A DNA stretch of 64,000 nucleotides from Tolypothrix carrinoi HA7290-LM1 (GCA_019358935.1 JAHHIK010000008.1:52153-116152), one strand, 5' to 3'. Positions 32,484 through 43,590 are shown, counted from the stretch's first letter. Program-made: numbers and translations. The notes: generated by a model not told the origin, from the letters alone.

Positions 32484-33956
32484 ATGATTCCTAACCATTC
32501 CGTCTCCTTGGATGACCACGCAATTGAAGCCCGTGCTGACAAGCCAGAAGAAGCTTGCGGCGTTTTTGGCATCTACGCACCAGGGGAAGATGTTGCCAAA
32601 CTGACCTACTTTGGACTTTATGCCCTTCAACACCGAGGTCAAGAGTCAGCGGGAATTGCCACATTTGCAGGGGAAGAAGTACACCTGCACAAAGATATGG
32701 GTTTGGTATCCCATGTGTTTAACGAATCAACTTTGAGTAAGTTACCAGGTAACTTAGCCGTTGGTCACACTCGTTACTCTACTACAGGTTCCAGCCGGAA
32801 AGTTAACGCCCAGCCTGCTGTTGTCGAAACTCGCTTGGGTTCAATAGCTTTAGCACATAATGGTAATTTAGTCAATACCGGGCACTTAAGAGAAGAGTTG
32901 CTAAAGAGCAAATGCAACTTAGTGACGACAACCGATTCAGAAATGATTGCTTTTGCGATCGCCGAAGAAATCAATGCTGGTGCAGACTGGTTAGAAGGCT
33001 GCATTCGTGCATTTAACCGTTGCCAAGGTGCCTTTAGTTTAGTAATTGGCACTCCAACTGGTGTTATGGGCGTTCGCGATCCTAATGGCATTCGTCCTTT
33101 AGTAATTGGCACCTTGGGAGAAAATCCAGTTCGCTACGTTCTCGCATCAGAAACCTGTGGACTAGATATTATTGGTGCCGATTATCTCCGCGACGTAGAA
33201 CCGGGCGAATTAGTTTGGATTACCGAAGATGGTTTAGCTTCGTTTCCTTGGAGTCAACAACCCCAAAAGAAGCTGTGTATCTTTGAGATGATTTACTTTG
33301 CCCGCCCCGACAGTATGATGAACGATGAAACATTGTACAGCTACCGACTGCGGTTAGGGCGGCGACTAGCTGAAGAATCTGCTGTAGAAGCAGATATTGT
33401 ATTTGGTGTTCCTGATTCTGGTGTACCAGCTGCGATCGGCTTTTCTCAAGCTTCTGGTATTCCCTACGCTGAAGGACTGATTAAGAATCGTTACGTCGGG
33501 CGCACCTTCATTCAGCCAACACAAATGATGCGCGAATCCGGAATCAAAATGAAACTCAATCCCCTCAAAGATGTCCTATACGGCAAAAGAGTGGTGATTG
33601 TGGATGATTCCATAGTCCGGGGTACAACCAGCCGAAAACTCGTCAAAACCTTGCGGGATGCGGGTGTAGTGGAAGTGCATATGCGAATTTCCTCACCCCC
33701 AGTAACTCACCCTTGTTTCTACGGTATCGACACAGACACCCAGGATCAGCTAATTGCTGCCACCAAATCAGTAGAAGAAATTGCCAAACAACTAGAAGTT
33801 GACACCTTAGCCTATCTCAGTTGGAAAGGAATGCTAGAAGCAACGCGAGAAGACACTAATAGTTTTTGTTCCGCTTGCTTTACCGGCGATTACCCCACCT
33901 CAATTCCGGAAGCGCTCAAAGGTTCTAAATTGATATTAGAAAAAGCAGCAGTCTAG
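32484..33956 (+). CDS. purF: Amidophosphoribosyltransferase
   Basis: EEA/CGVFG, LQHRGQESAG, GHTRYSTTG, VDDSIVRGTTS, FCSACFTGDYP; likely ATG 32484. Confidence 0.99.
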   Translation: MIPNHSVSLDDHAIEARADKPEEACGVFGIYAPGEDVAKLTYFGLYALQHRGQESAGIATFAGEEVHLHKDMGLVSHVFNESTLSKLPGNLAVGHTRYSTTGSSRKVNAQPAVVETRLGSIALAHNGNLVNTGHLREELLKSKCNLVTTTDSEMIAFAIAEEINAGADWLEGCIRAFNRCQGAFSLVIGTPTGVMGVRDPNGIRPLVIGTLGENPVRYVLASETCGLDIIGADYLRDVEPGELVWITEDGLASFPWSQQPQKKLCIFEMIYFARPDSMMNDETLYSYRLRLGRRLAEESAVEADIVFGVPDSGVPAAIGFSQASGIPYAEGLIKNRYVGRTFIQPTQMMRESGIKMKLNPLKDVLYGKRVVIVDDSIVRGTTSRKLVKTLRDAGVVEVHMRISSPPVTHPCFYGIDTDTQDQLIAATKSVEEIAKQLEVDTLAYLSWKGMLEATREDTNSFCSACFTGDYPTSIPEALKGSKLILEKAAV

Positions 33957-34096
33957 GGCATGGGGCAATGGGCATTGGGCATTGGGCATCGGGCATTGGG
34001 CATCGGGTCATCGGGTCAAGATTTGGCTTTATTCCCAATTCCCAATTCTTAATTCTCAATGCCCATTGCCCATTGCCCCATGCCCCATTCCCAAAT

Positions 34097-34378
34097 TTAG
34101 CTTTGCTGCAAAAATTCTACATTGGGTAACAACGGATCTGTAACAATGCCCACACCGCTGAAACCCCAGCGTTTCAGCAAACTTTTTACCTGCGTCCCTG
34201 GAATAGATTCTACAGAAAAGCGGCTTGCCAGTTCTGCGGCGTGGGTGTTGAGGTAGCTGAGGGCGTCAAAATGTTCGCCAAATAGCAACAAATAGCTTGT
34301 TCCTTGCGAGTTAGGACGGGCAGTAAGATAACTACCGTCAGATTTTGAGCGTATTAGATAATAAACTTCGGACAACAT
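34097..34378 (-). CDS. Conserved cyanobacterial hypothetical protein (93 aa)
   Basis: MLSEVYYLIRSKSDGSYL..LKRWGFSGVGIVTDPL; the upstream extension in the ORF track is repeat-derived. Confidence 0.8.
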   Translation of the reverse strand: MLSEVYYLIRSKSDGSYLTARPNSQGTSYLLLFGEHFDALSYLNTHAAELASRFSVESIPGTQVKSLLKRWGFSGVGIVTDPLLPNVEFLQQS

Positions 34379-34527
34379 GGAGGGGAGGGGGGGAGTGGGG
34401 GAGTGGGGGAGTGGGGGAGTGGGGGACAAGGGAGACAAGGGAGACAAGGGAGACAAGGGGGACAAGGGGGACAACCAACCACCAACCACTAACAACTAAC
34501 AACTAACAACTAACAACTAACAAGCAA

Positions 34528-35574
34528 CTAATTCAAATTTTCTAGTCTTATGCGCGGATCGGCAGCTTTCAGCATTAAGTCGGCGACTAAATTGCCGACA
34601 ATTAGGAGTACTGCACCCATTACCAAGCTTGCCATTACTAGAGGCACATCTAGATTTAATAAAGCTTGTAAAGTCAACTTTCCCAAACCGGGCCAGTTAA
34701 AAAACTGCTCAGTAATGAAAGCGCCGCTTAATAAACTAGCCAATTCAAAGCCCAATAACGTAATTAAGGGGTTAATGGCGTTACGAAGGGCATGAACGTA
34801 AATAACGCGGTTTTCGGGCAATCCTTTAGCGCGAGCCGTTTGGATGTAATCTTGACGCAGTACATCTAACATTTCGCCGCGAGTGATTCGCTGTAAACCA
34901 GCAAAGCTAGTGATGCTTAAAGCGATGGTGGGTAAAATTAAGTGCCAGCCTATATCTATAATTTTCCCAATTGGGGAGAGGTCGCTGTGATAAATGCTGG
35001 TCATACCACCTACGGGAAACAGGGGGGTGGTGATTTGGGCAAAGAACAGTAAAAACAAAGCGGCAATGAAACTGGGAAATCCTTGTCCGAGGTAGCTTAA
35101 GACTTGCAAAATCCGGTCGTAAGCGCGATTTTGCTTGACGGCGGCGGTGATGCCCAAGGGGATAGCGATCGCCCAAGTTACAATTAAAGAAGCGATCGCC
35201 ATCAGCAAGGTTGCTGGCACGCGTTCCCACAACAAAGATGCCACCGAACGATTATAAGAAAAACTCGTCCCAAAATCTCCCCGTGTCAAAATATTCCACA
35301 ACCAAAGTCCAAATTGTTCCAGCCAAGACTTATCCAAACCAAACTGTCGTCGCAGTTCATCAATTCGTTCTTTAGAAATTTTCGGATTTGCCTCCAAGGA
35401 ACTGACATAATCCCCTGGTGCGAGCTGCATAATAAAAAATGACAATGCTGATGCTAAAAACAATGTCAAAAGCGCCTGTAATAGCCGCTTGATGACATAA
35501 ATAAAGGTTTCGCTAGTGACCAGCCTATACAGCCAATCTCGACTTGTTTCTAAGGAAATTCTGGTAGAAGTCAT
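34528..35574 (-). CDS. Peptide/nickel ABC transporter permease (DppB/OppB-like)
   Basis: GDFGTSF, DYIQTARAKGL..HALRNA, ITEQFFNWPGLG, DPRIR. Confidence 0.95.
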   Translation of the reverse strand: MTSTRISLETSRDWLYRLVTSETFIYVIKRLLQALLTLFLASALSFFIMQLAPGDYVSSLEANPKISKERIDELRRQFGLDKSWLEQFGLWLWNILTRGDFGTSFSYNRSVASLLWERVPATLLMAIASLIVTWAIAIPLGITAAVKQNRAYDRILQVLSYLGQGFPSFIAALFLLFFAQITTPLFPVGGMTSIYHSDLSPIGKIIDIGWHLILPTIALSITSFAGLQRITRGEMLDVLRQDYIQTARAKGLPENRVIYVHALRNAINPLITLLGFELASLLSGAFITEQFFNWPGLGKLTLQALLNLDVPLVMASLVMGAVLLIVGNLVADLMLKAADPRIRLENLN

Positions 35575-35597
35575 AGTAGTTTGTCAAACGTCAACAG

Positions 35598-35687
35598 GAG
35601 CCAGTGCCGTGGTGAGGCAGCGCGGTCTTGGGGGTTTCCCCCATGAGCGACTGCCGAAAGGGTTTCCCGACTTGAGGCATCTGGCGT
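35598..35687 (-). mobile_element. Two nested 45-nt mini-elements (inner 35614-35658)
   Basis: Outer 29+16 nt split by a 45-nt relative; removing 90 nt restores the (GTCAANA)n array. Confidence 0.8.
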
Positions 35688-35744
35688 TCAATAGTCTTGA
35701 GTCAAAAGCCTTTGGACTGTAGACTTTGGACTTTGGACTTTTGA

Positions 35745-36263
35745 CTAATATTCCACAAGGCTAATAATCGGCACATCCGGCAGATTTTTTCGCCCTTGCA
35801 AATCCCGTAGCTCGATGATAAACCCAAATCCCACAAGTTCGCAGCCAATCTTCTCTATTAACTTTGCCGTCGCACTCGCGGTTCCACCTGTCGCAATCAA
35901 ATCATCTACAATCAAAACCCGGCTATTGGGGTGCAAAGCGTCCTGATGCATTTCCAAACAGTCCGTACCATACTCTAGTTCATATTCAACCGAATGAACT
36001 GCTGCTGGTAACTTACCTGGTTTGCGAACTGGAATAAAACCAACTCCTAATTTATAAGCTAGAGGTGTACCAAATATGAAGCCCCGCGACTCCATCCCCA
36101 CAATATAATCAGCTTTTAATCCGGCATCAATGCATTTTTCGGCAAAAATGTCAATAGTGTAACGCAGTCCTTGTGGATCGCGCAGCAGTGTGGTGATATC
36201 CCGAAAGACAATTCCGGGTTTAGGAAAATCTGGGATGTCACGAATCAGAGACTTTAAATCCAT
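35745..36263 (-). CDS. apt: Adenine phosphoribosyltransferase
   Basis: [36 protein letters not shown]; true start ATG 36263. Confidence 0.98.
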   Translation of the reverse strand: MDLKSLIRDIPDFPKPGIVFRDITTLLRDPQGLRYTIDIFAEKCIDAGLKADYIVGMESRGFIFGTPLAYKLGVGFIPVRKPGKLPAAVHSVEYELEYGTDCLEMHQDALHPNSRVLIVDDLIATGGTASATAKLIEKIGCELVGFGFIIELRDLQGRKNLPDVPIISLVEY

Positions 36264-36270
36264 AAGAATA

Positions 36271-36517
36271 GGGAATGGGGAATGGGCATCGGGCATTGGG
36301 CAATGGGCAATGGGCAATGGGCAATGGGCAATGGGCAATGGGCAATGGGCAATGGGCAATGGGCAATGGGCAATGGGCAACGGGAATTAAAGACGCTCGA
36401 TTTTTGATGCGCGTTCTATTCTAATAGCATTCTTTCCATGCCCGATGCCCGATGCCCGATGCCCGATGCCCGATGCCCGATGCCCGATGCCCCATGCCCG
36501 ATGCCCCATGCCCAATC
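36271..36517. repeat. STRR-armed element copy 1: (GGGCAAT)n - 62-bp core - (ATGCCCG)n
   Basis: Core 36382-36443 is nearly identical to 38984-39045. Confidence 0.85.
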
Positions 36518-36799
36518 CTAGATACCTGAAAAATCGTACACTATAATGTCATACGCTTGGGATCATTGCTCAAGAACGCACAATCCATTGACGATTATCA
36601 GAATCTACACCAAGCTAAAGATGGAATTATACTACCTCTTGTTGCTATTAAACTTATGTTTTAAAAACTGACGATTTCAATATACGGAAACCTTTGAGTA
36701 GAACGAGTAAGTAATCTATATATTAGGCAGTCCTACTACTGCCATGTGAAAATGTTCACTTTTTAGACTAGCTATCTTAAATTAGTTTTACCTAGTCTG

Positions 36800-37453
36800 T
36801 TGCGATCGCACAAGGTATTTATAATGAATGTCTCCGCTTCTTTAACGCCGTTCAACAGTAGTCCCACGCAAAAATCAGCGCCGATGATTCTGGACACTCT
36901 CCCCGATCCTGCAATTGAGGGACAAGGATGTCCCCGTACAACCCGCGTGCAAATTGACCTTATTTTACTAGCAATTGAAGCTTTAGAACTGGGTGGCTCT
37001 GAAGCAATTTTGGGATTTGCTGAAGAATTGGATCTCAAAGGTATTATTAAAGATCGGGTGAATTTATGGCGAATGCGTAGCACTAACCCGTTACGTAGAG
37101 CAAATATTCGCCGTCCTTTGACTATTATCGAGGCGAAAGCTTTGGTAGTTATCGCTTGCTATTTGGCGCGACGGTTGACAGTTGTCATTCGCCAAATGCT
37201 AATGATTTATCAACAAATGAATGATAAACAGATTCCCTTAGAACAAAATTTGCGGCTTTCTAATTATCTAGAGCGATTTAGAGCGCATTTTAAAAGCCGC
37301 ATGAATCCCCGCCGTTCTGGTTTTTTGGCATTAACTTCTGATGAAAAAATAGATGAACTGGCGATGAATTTGTTAGGTAAATTATTATTTTGTACAGGTA
37401 CAGCGGGAATGCAACGCTTCTGGATTAGTCTTTTTGACGGTGAAGTAGAATGA
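36800..37453 (+). CDS. DUF3038-like conserved cyanobacterial protein
   Basis: IDLILLAIEAL, NLWRMRSTNPLRR, LLFCTGTAGMQRFWISLFDGEV; likely start ATG 36824. Confidence 0.8.
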   Translation: MRSHKVFIMNVSASLTPFNSSPTQKSAPMILDTLPDPAIEGQGCPRTTRVQIDLILLAIEALELGGSEAILGFAEELDLKGIIKDRVNLWRMRSTNPLRRANIRRPLTIIEAKALVVIACYLARRLTVVIRQMLMIYQQMNDKQIPLEQNLRLSNYLERFRAHFKSRMNPRRSGFLALTSDEKIDELAMNLLGKLLFCTGTAGMQRFWISLFDGEVE

Positions 37454-38904
37454 ATATTCAACGTAAGTATAGTTTACCTAATTGCACGCTGCTTTTAGAA
37501 GGTTTAAGTGATGCTACAAGAGCGGCACACTTCCAAGAAATGCGCCCAGAATTATCAATTTTGGTAAATGCAGAATGCTATTTATCTGGCTACAATCAGC
37601 CATTAGTGGGAGGGCGAGAATTTTTTGAAAGTTTGGTGAGAGCCGTTAGTGGTTATGCTCAAGAATTTTTGAGCAGTGTGCCGAACCCACTCGCACACAA
37701 CACAGAATCAGAGTTAGTGCAGTTCCAGAAAATTCACAGCAATCGACATAGATTGATTGTGCATTCAGAAGTACAAAAAAATCCAGAAGCTAAATCTAAT
37801 AATGGTAAAGCACCAATTCAAATCGATTTGAATAGCGTGCAGTTGTTTGATTTAGTCGAAGCGGTGGATCAGTTTTTTGCTGATAGCCAAACTTTACCAG
37901 AGCTGTCACTCGAATTACAACCTGTTGGCAAAAGTTCTGGTCTTGCTAGTCAAGCGTTTATCAAGCAAGCAGTACCAGCGGGTGTGGGTGTATCGAGTTT
38001 GGCTGTATGTGCTCTTGCCTTCGGTTTGATTCCAGCGCCACAAGTGCGTCAACCACAACAGCAGACTAACTCTACAACACCCAGCACCACTCAAAAAGCA
38101 GCAGATGCTACAAATCCCGCACCATCTGCTATCCCCACAGCATCTGCTACCCCTATCGCAAATGCTACTCCCACACCAACTACCACCCCGACTGCATCAC
38201 CCGCAGTTACAACAGATTTAGAAGCTCTTTTAAAAACAGTTCCGGAAATTACTGATGCCTCTCAACTGCGGGCATTAAATCGCCAAGTATACAATCAAAT
38301 TAATCCGGATTGGGCTAATCGCTCAGGATTAAATGAGGATTTAGTCTATCGTGTCGGTGTCGCAGCGGATGGTGCGATCGTCGGTTATAAAGCGATAAAT
38401 AAAGAAGCAAATCAGGCAATAGAAAAAACTCCCTTGCCGAAACTGCTTTATAATCCTGCCAAACGTGGGGGCATTAACAACGAACCGATCGCTCAATTTC
38501 GAGTAGTCTTTACACAGCAAGGTGTGCTGCAAGTTAGTCCTTGGCTGGGATATGCCAACACACCACAAGTTATCGGCGCAAAAATCACAGACGCCAACGC
38601 CGTCAAAGATTTAAATAAGAAGCTTTATGATACAATTCGCCAAAATTGGAGCGGAACTCCCACTTTTTCCCAAAATTTGAAGTATCGAGTCGCCGTCAAC
38701 AAAGATGGCACGATCGCCGATTATGAACCACTTAACCAAGTAGCTTTTGATTATTTCCGGGAAACACCGCTTCCCAAGATATTCAACGCACTTTACGGTT
38801 CAAATGTAGCCCCTCCCAACACCAAACAACCCCTCGCTCACTACCAAGTAGTATTTCAGCCCAACGGCAATCTAGAAGTCACTCCTTGGCAGGGATATCG
38901 GTAA
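37450..38904 (+). CDS. DUF4335-like membrane protein
   Basis: IQRKYSLPNCTLLLEGL, QLFDLVEAVDQF, a TM segment, a PT-rich linker and a duplicated C-terminal domain; ATGA overlap. Confidence 0.8.
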   Translation: MNIQRKYSLPNCTLLLEGLSDATRAAHFQEMRPELSILVNAECYLSGYNQPLVGGREFFESLVRAVSGYAQEFLSSVPNPLAHNTESELVQFQKIHSNRHRLIVHSEVQKNPEAKSNNGKAPIQIDLNSVQLFDLVEAVDQFFADSQTLPELSLELQPVGKSSGLASQAFIKQAVPAGVGVSSLAVCALAFGLIPAPQVRQPQQQTNSTTPSTTQKAADATNPAPSAIPTASATPIANATPTPTTTPTASPAVTTDLEALLKTVPEITDASQLRALNRQVYNQINPDWANRSGLNEDLVYRVGVAADGAIVGYKAINKEANQAIEKTPLPKLLYNPAKRGGINNEPIAQFRVVFTQQGVLQVSPWLGYANTPQVIGAKITDANAVKDLNKKLYDTIRQNWSGTPTFSQNLKYRVAVNKDGTIADYEPLNQVAFDYFRETPLPKIFNALYGSNVAPPNTKQPLAHYQVVFQPNGNLEVTPWQGYR

Positions 38905-39121
38905 TTGGGGAATGGGCAATGGGCAATGGGCAATGGGCAATGGGCAATAGGCAATGGGCAATGGGCAATGGGCAATGGGCAATGGGAATTAAAGACGCTC
39001 GATTTTTAATGCGCGTTCTATTCTAATAGCATTCTTTCCATGCCCAATGCCCCATGCCCAATGCCCAATGCCCCATGCCCGATGCCCCATGCCCGATGCC
39101 CGATGCCCCATGCCCCATGCC
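38905..39121. repeat. STRR-armed element copy 2
   Basis: Same arms and core as 36271-36517, same orientation. Confidence 0.85.
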
Positions 39122-41392
39122 CTATTTTGTAACTCTCCCCATATAATTTCCCCAAAGTTGGGCTGCTTGAGCGCTGCTGCCAGATGTGGGAGAATTGTTA
39201 TCATTTCCTAACCAAATACCAGTTACGAGTCGCTTACTGGGAATAAAGCCAATAAACCACAGGTCAACGTTGTCATTTGTTGTGCCTGTTTTACCAGCTT
39301 CGCCTAATCCAATTGCAGCACTGCGTCCTGTACCTCTGGTGACGACGCCGCGTAGCAAATTGGTCATGGTATTGGCTATTTCCGGTTTGAGTACGCGCTT
39401 GTTTGCTTCTGGAACTTGGTCAAAAGAGTAGATGACGCGGCAAGTTTTCAAATCCTTGGGATCGCGACAATCACTGCTATCTAAAATCCGGCTAATTGCG
39501 TGCGGACGATTCCAGACACCACGATTACCGATGGCTCCAAAAGCACCAGTCATTTCCGTGACATTAACTACACTTTGACCGAGAATTAAGCCAGGAACCG
39601 GATCGAGGGAAGACTTCACCCCCAAACGCTGTGCCATTGCGACAACTTTATTCAAGCCGACTTCTTTGGCGACTCGCAAGGCGATCGGGTTTTCCGAAAG
39701 CGCAAGACCGGTAGCAATATCTAAACTACCACCAGCGCCACTGCGACAAGGTTTGTAGGTAAAACCTTGCCAGCGCAAAGAATCACACGAATAACTTCTT
39801 CCGGGGGAAATTCCTTGCTCAATGGCGGCGGTGTAAGCAAAAATTTTAAAGGTAGAACCTGGTTGTCTTTTTGCCTGGATAGCCCGATTAAACTGACTTT
39901 TTCTGTAATCGGTTCCCCCTACCATCGCCAGTATCGCACCAGTGCTGGAATCAAGAGTCACCACTGCACCTTGGGAATAACGAAAACTTGAGCCACCGTT
40001 GTTGACAGAATTTCGCAATGCTGCTTCGGCTTGCGCTTGAATTGCTGGGTCTAGCTGAGTTTCTATAATAAAGTTGCCTTCTGTGGCTAACTCTTCACCC
40101 AAAATCGATCTGAGTTCTTGAAAGACGTAACTGTAGAAATAGGGTGCAATTGTTTTCGCTTGCTGTTCGCAAACTTTGGGGCTAACTTCGATAGGCGATC
40201 GCCTAGCGCGGTTATACTCTTCAAGTTTGATTTTCCCCATTTCCAGCAACCGCTTCAGCACGCGATTGCGATATTCAATTGCTTCTAACTTATTTCGACT
40301 TTCTCCACAAAAATCGAAGCCGTTGGGAGCGGGTAAAATTCCTACCAACGTCGCTGCTTCTGCCAAAGTTAATTCTTTTGCCGACTTCTCAAAGTAAAAT
40401 CGAGCTGCATCCTCAAACCCGGAGGTATCCACCCCCAAAAACACCCGATTTAGATAAGTCAGTAAAATTTCATCTTTACTGTAAAACGTTTCTAACTTCA
40501 AAGCAACTACAGCCTCTCGCAATTTTCGCCCCAAAGAGTCTTGGCTGCCGACATAATCGCGAAACAAACTTCTAGCGACTTGCTGAGTTACAGTACTAGC
40601 ACCTTGCTGCACATCTCCACTGCGGCTATTAATTAATACTGCTCGCAAAATTCCGTATGGGTCAACCCCGAAGTGCCAATAATAACGGCTATCTTCTGAG
40701 GCTACTACAGCAGCGGGCAAATAAGGACCAAAGTCTTCTAAACGCTTTTTGTCGATGTGAGAAGTAGAGCGAGGTTCGCGTAATGGCTTTTGTCCATCAC
40801 GAGCGTAAACGATTACCGGGGCACGGGTGGCTGTGGGTAGAGGTCTAACCGAGAATTTTAGTGATTCTACGCCAATTACCAAGGCGAATAAGGCTGTGGC
40901 TCCACCGACACCGCAAGCGCTCCATGTGGCAGCTTTTACATACCAAGGTGGTGGATCGACGTATTGCAGCCGCACGGAAGCAGCGAGTTCTGGCGGTCCG
41001 AGGGTGAAAATGTCACCGTGTCGTAGTTCTAGGGAAGTGACGCGACGTTTGCCGCGATAAATGCCATTAGTTGAGTTTTCATCTTTGATGATAAAAACCG
41101 GAGTTCGTTGAGTGGAATCGCGGGACAGTGACAGATGAATTTGGCTGACTACTGGGTTGCGGATGACGATATCGCAGGATTTGGAACTGCGACCTAATAC
41201 GTAGCGATCGCCTAATAACGGATATACTTCCGCCTTGTCCGCCCCCGAATCCTGCACCAATAATTCTGGTACTCTGGCATTAGGTCGCAGCGCGAGTTTG
41301 GAAAAATCAACTCTCGCTTGAATTGTTTGTACTGCTTGAGTCACCTGACCAAGCAAAGTTTTTGGCTTTTGAGGGGGGTGGGGGGAACTCAT
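39122..41392 (-). CDS. FHA-domain class A penicillin-binding protein (transglycosylase/transpeptidase)
   Basis: FHA (LGRSS..VSQIH..NSTNG), EDSRYYWHFGVD, GASTVTQQ, QPGSTFK, GKTGT. Confidence 0.93.
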   Translation of the reverse strand: MSSPHPPQKPKTLLGQVTQAVQTIQARVDFSKLALRPNARVPELLVQDSGADKAEVYPLLGDRYVLGRSSKSCDIVIRNPVVSQIHLSLSRDSTQRTPVFIIKDENSTNGIYRGKRRVTSLELRHGDIFTLGPPELAASVRLQYVDPPPWYVKAATWSACGVGGATALFALVIGVESLKFSVRPLPTATRAPVIVYARDGQKPLREPRSTSHIDKKRLEDFGPYLPAAVVASEDSRYYWHFGVDPYGILRAVLINSRSGDVQQGASTVTQQVARSLFRDYVGSQDSLGRKLREAVVALKLETFYSKDEILLTYLNRVFLGVDTSGFEDAARFYFEKSAKELTLAEAATLVGILPAPNGFDFCGESRNKLEAIEYRNRVLKRLLEMGKIKLEEYNRARRSPIEVSPKVCEQQAKTIAPYFYSYVFQELRSILGEELATEGNFIIETQLDPAIQAQAEAALRNSVNNGGSSFRYSQGAVVTLDSSTGAILAMVGGTDYRKSQFNRAIQAKRQPGSTFKIFAYTAAIEQGISPGRSYSCDSLRWQGFTYKPCRSGAGGSLDIATGLALSENPIALRVAKEVGLNKVVAMAQRLGVKSSLDPVPGLILGQSVVNVTEMTGAFGAIGNRGVWNRPHAISRILDSSDCRDPKDLKTCRVIYSFDQVPEANKRVLKPEIANTMTNLLRGVVTRGTGRSAAIGLGEAGKTGTTNDNVDLWFIGFIPSKRLVTGIWLGNDNNSPTSGSSAQAAQLWGNYMGRVTK

Positions 41393-41814
41393 TGGCTATA
41401 TCACACCACGATTAGTTAGTCAAGAAAACTGTCGATTTGCGCTCTTGATGCTGGTATTTCACCATTTTACTCATAAGCCAAAGTAGAATTTGGCTGTACG
41501 GAATTATTGGAATTTCATTTGACACCAATACCATATAATGTCACCGGATTAAATTTGTTAATTTTATAACATACTTATCTCAGCAATAATTCTTATACAA
41601 ATTATCTAATCCCTATTTCGTAAATGACGAATAAAATGTAGTTATTTGAAGTTGTATTGATAATTACTACCAATCCTGGTACAAATTATGTAAATTTTAT
41701 AGCTTTGGGAGCTAGACAAATTTCAAATTCAAAATATACATCTTCATTTAGGAAGATTTTATAAATTATATTGTTTGATTTAATGGGCGGAGTGTTCCGT
41801 TGAGGTTAAATAAG

Positions 41815-42771
41815 ATGAAGGGAAAATATCTGACCCTAATAGGTACAGCCTTTACCCTAGCAGTTACCAGCAATGTTGCTGTTGCTCAATCGTCCAAATT
41901 CCCAGAATTAGCAAGCCAATCCACAAGCACCTCGCCAACGGAGATCAAGCTGAATGCCGATGCTCAGGAAATTTTGTGTAAAAATTTCCCGCTGAATTCC
42001 CGTTGTCAAGGAGGCACCACTGGAGCGACTCCAAACACTCCAGCTAACACAACTACCCCAGGTACCACCACAACTCCTGACGCAACTACCCCAGGTACCA
42101 CCACAACTCCTGACGCAACTAGCCCAAGTAACACGCCAATTCCGGAAAACAGCAATCCCAGCAACCCGTCAACTCCTGACACCATCAATCCAGGAAGCAC
42201 TACATCTCCGGATTCAAACAGCCCAACCAAAATTACTCCGGTTCCAGGAAGCACTACACCGAACGACACAACTACCCCACCAGGTAGCACGATTCCGGAA
42301 AACAGTAATCCCAGCGACCCGACATCTCCTGACACGAGCAATCCAGGAAGCACTACATCTCCGGATTCAAACAGCCCAACCAAAATTACTCCAGTTCCAG
42401 GAAGCAGTACTACTCCCGACACAACTACCCCAGGTAACACGACCGAGCCTGATAGCGGCACTCCTGGCACTACTACTCCCGAAAACAGCATTCCAGGAAG
42501 CACCACGGTTCCTGATTCGAGCAGCACAATAACTCCTGATTCGAGTACCCCAGGTAGCACGATAACTCCTGATTCGAGTACTCCAGGTAGTTTGACAACT
42601 CCTGATTCGAGCAGCCCAACTCAGATCACTCCAGTTCCAGGCAGCACGATAACTCCTGATTCGAGTACTCCAGGTAGCACAATCGAACCAAGCAGCAGTT
42701 CTCCCAGTACACTTCCATCCGGTTCGGAAAAAGTTCCTACTGGTGGCTCACAAATGTTAGAACCACGTTAA
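41815..42771 (+). CDS. Secreted Pro/Thr/Ser-rich repeat protein
   Basis: Signal peptide (..AVA/Q), LCKNFPLNSRC motif, many TPDSSTPGS-type repeats. Confidence 0.75.
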   Translation: MKGKYLTLIGTAFTLAVTSNVAVAQSSKFPELASQSTSTSPTEIKLNADAQEILCKNFPLNSRCQGGTTGATPNTPANTTTPGTTTTPDATTPGTTTTPDATSPSNTPIPENSNPSNPSTPDTINPGSTTSPDSNSPTKITPVPGSTTPNDTTTPPGSTIPENSNPSDPTSPDTSNPGSTTSPDSNSPTKITPVPGSSTTPDTTTPGNTTEPDSGTPGTTTPENSIPGSTTVPDSSSTITPDSSTPGSTITPDSSTPGSLTTPDSSSPTQITPVPGSTITPDSSTPGSTIEPSSSSPSTLPSGSEKVPTGGSQMLEPR

Positions 42772-42896
42772 TTCAAACATAATCGCATTCTTGCCACCAG
42801 GGAATAGTCGGTTTGTCTAAATGCCGATTATCAATTTCTAATGGTGGCATTTAAAGATCGTGTTGATTAGAGTTGAAACGAAAAACGTCAGAAAAG

Positions 42897-42952
42897 AAAA
42901 TTAAGCCTGCTTACTCTTGGGGTTTTTCAAAGTAGTAAGCAGGCTTAATTTT
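42897..42952. terminator. Bidirectional hairpin between convergent genes
   Basis: aaaattaagcctgcttact...agtaagcaggcttaatttt perfect inverted repeat. Confidence 0.7.
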
Positions 42953-42985
42953 GTGAGGACTTCAGTCCTCACAGGAGAAGGAATG

Positions 42986-43510
42986 TTAAGGCGATCGCCT
43001 ACTTGAAGCTTCTGTTTTTTGAAACGAGGAAATCAGCAGGCAAACAATGCCGATACTAATAAATGAATCTGCCACATTAAATACAGGAAAGTTGATCAAT
43101 CGAAAATCGAGAAAATCAACTACGTAACTTAAAATAAAGCGATCGATACCATTGCCCATCGCTCCGCCTAAAATAAAGCCATAGCCTAGTTGATCCCAAA
43201 AATGTAAGGCTGGACCAAAGCACGCTACCGCTATCAATACTAAACTTACGGCAAGTGATAAAAAGCGCAATAAATCTATATGTCCGCTAAGTATACTCCA
43301 AGCTGCACCATCGTTTTTTACGTAGGTAAAATGAAATATCCCCTGGATGAGTGGCAAAGTAGGTCTGTATATTATATTTCCTGTTTTTGATTCGATTATA
43401 GTTTCCAACTGCCAAGATTTTGCGGCTGATACTACTTGGTTTTTCGTAACTTGGTCTAAGATAACAATTACAAAGGCAGCAATCCAAAAGAGGCGATTTT
43501 TTAAGCGCAT
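42986..43510 (-). CDS. lspA: Lipoprotein signal peptidase II
   Basis: LDQVTK, NDGAAWS, GAMGNGIDR, VVDFLD, FPVFNVADS. Confidence 0.97.
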   Translation of the reverse strand: MRLKNRLFWIAAFVIVILDQVTKNQVVSAAKSWQLETIIESKTGNIIYRPTLPLIQGIFHFTYVKNDGAAWSILSGHIDLLRFLSLAVSLVLIAVACFGPALHFWDQLGYGFILGGAMGNGIDRFILSYVVDFLDFRLINFPVFNVADSFISIGIVCLLISSFQKTEASSRRSP

Positions 43511-43590
43511 GGCAAGTTAGTCAAGTATCATTTGTCAAAAGTCAAGTGTCATTAGTCATGAGCTTTTGACAAACAACAAATGACATTGAA

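Noticed and set aside
36264..36380. N-terminal extension of apt (PIAHCPL repeats)
   Set aside because: STRR-derived; the conserved Apt sequence begins at ATG 36263.
39122..41392. FHA-PBP fusion as a novelty
   Set aside because: To my knowledge this architecture is already known in cyanobacteria.
42006..42560. 184-aa antisense ORF
   Set aside because: Shadow of the Pro/Thr/Ser repeat gene on the + strand.
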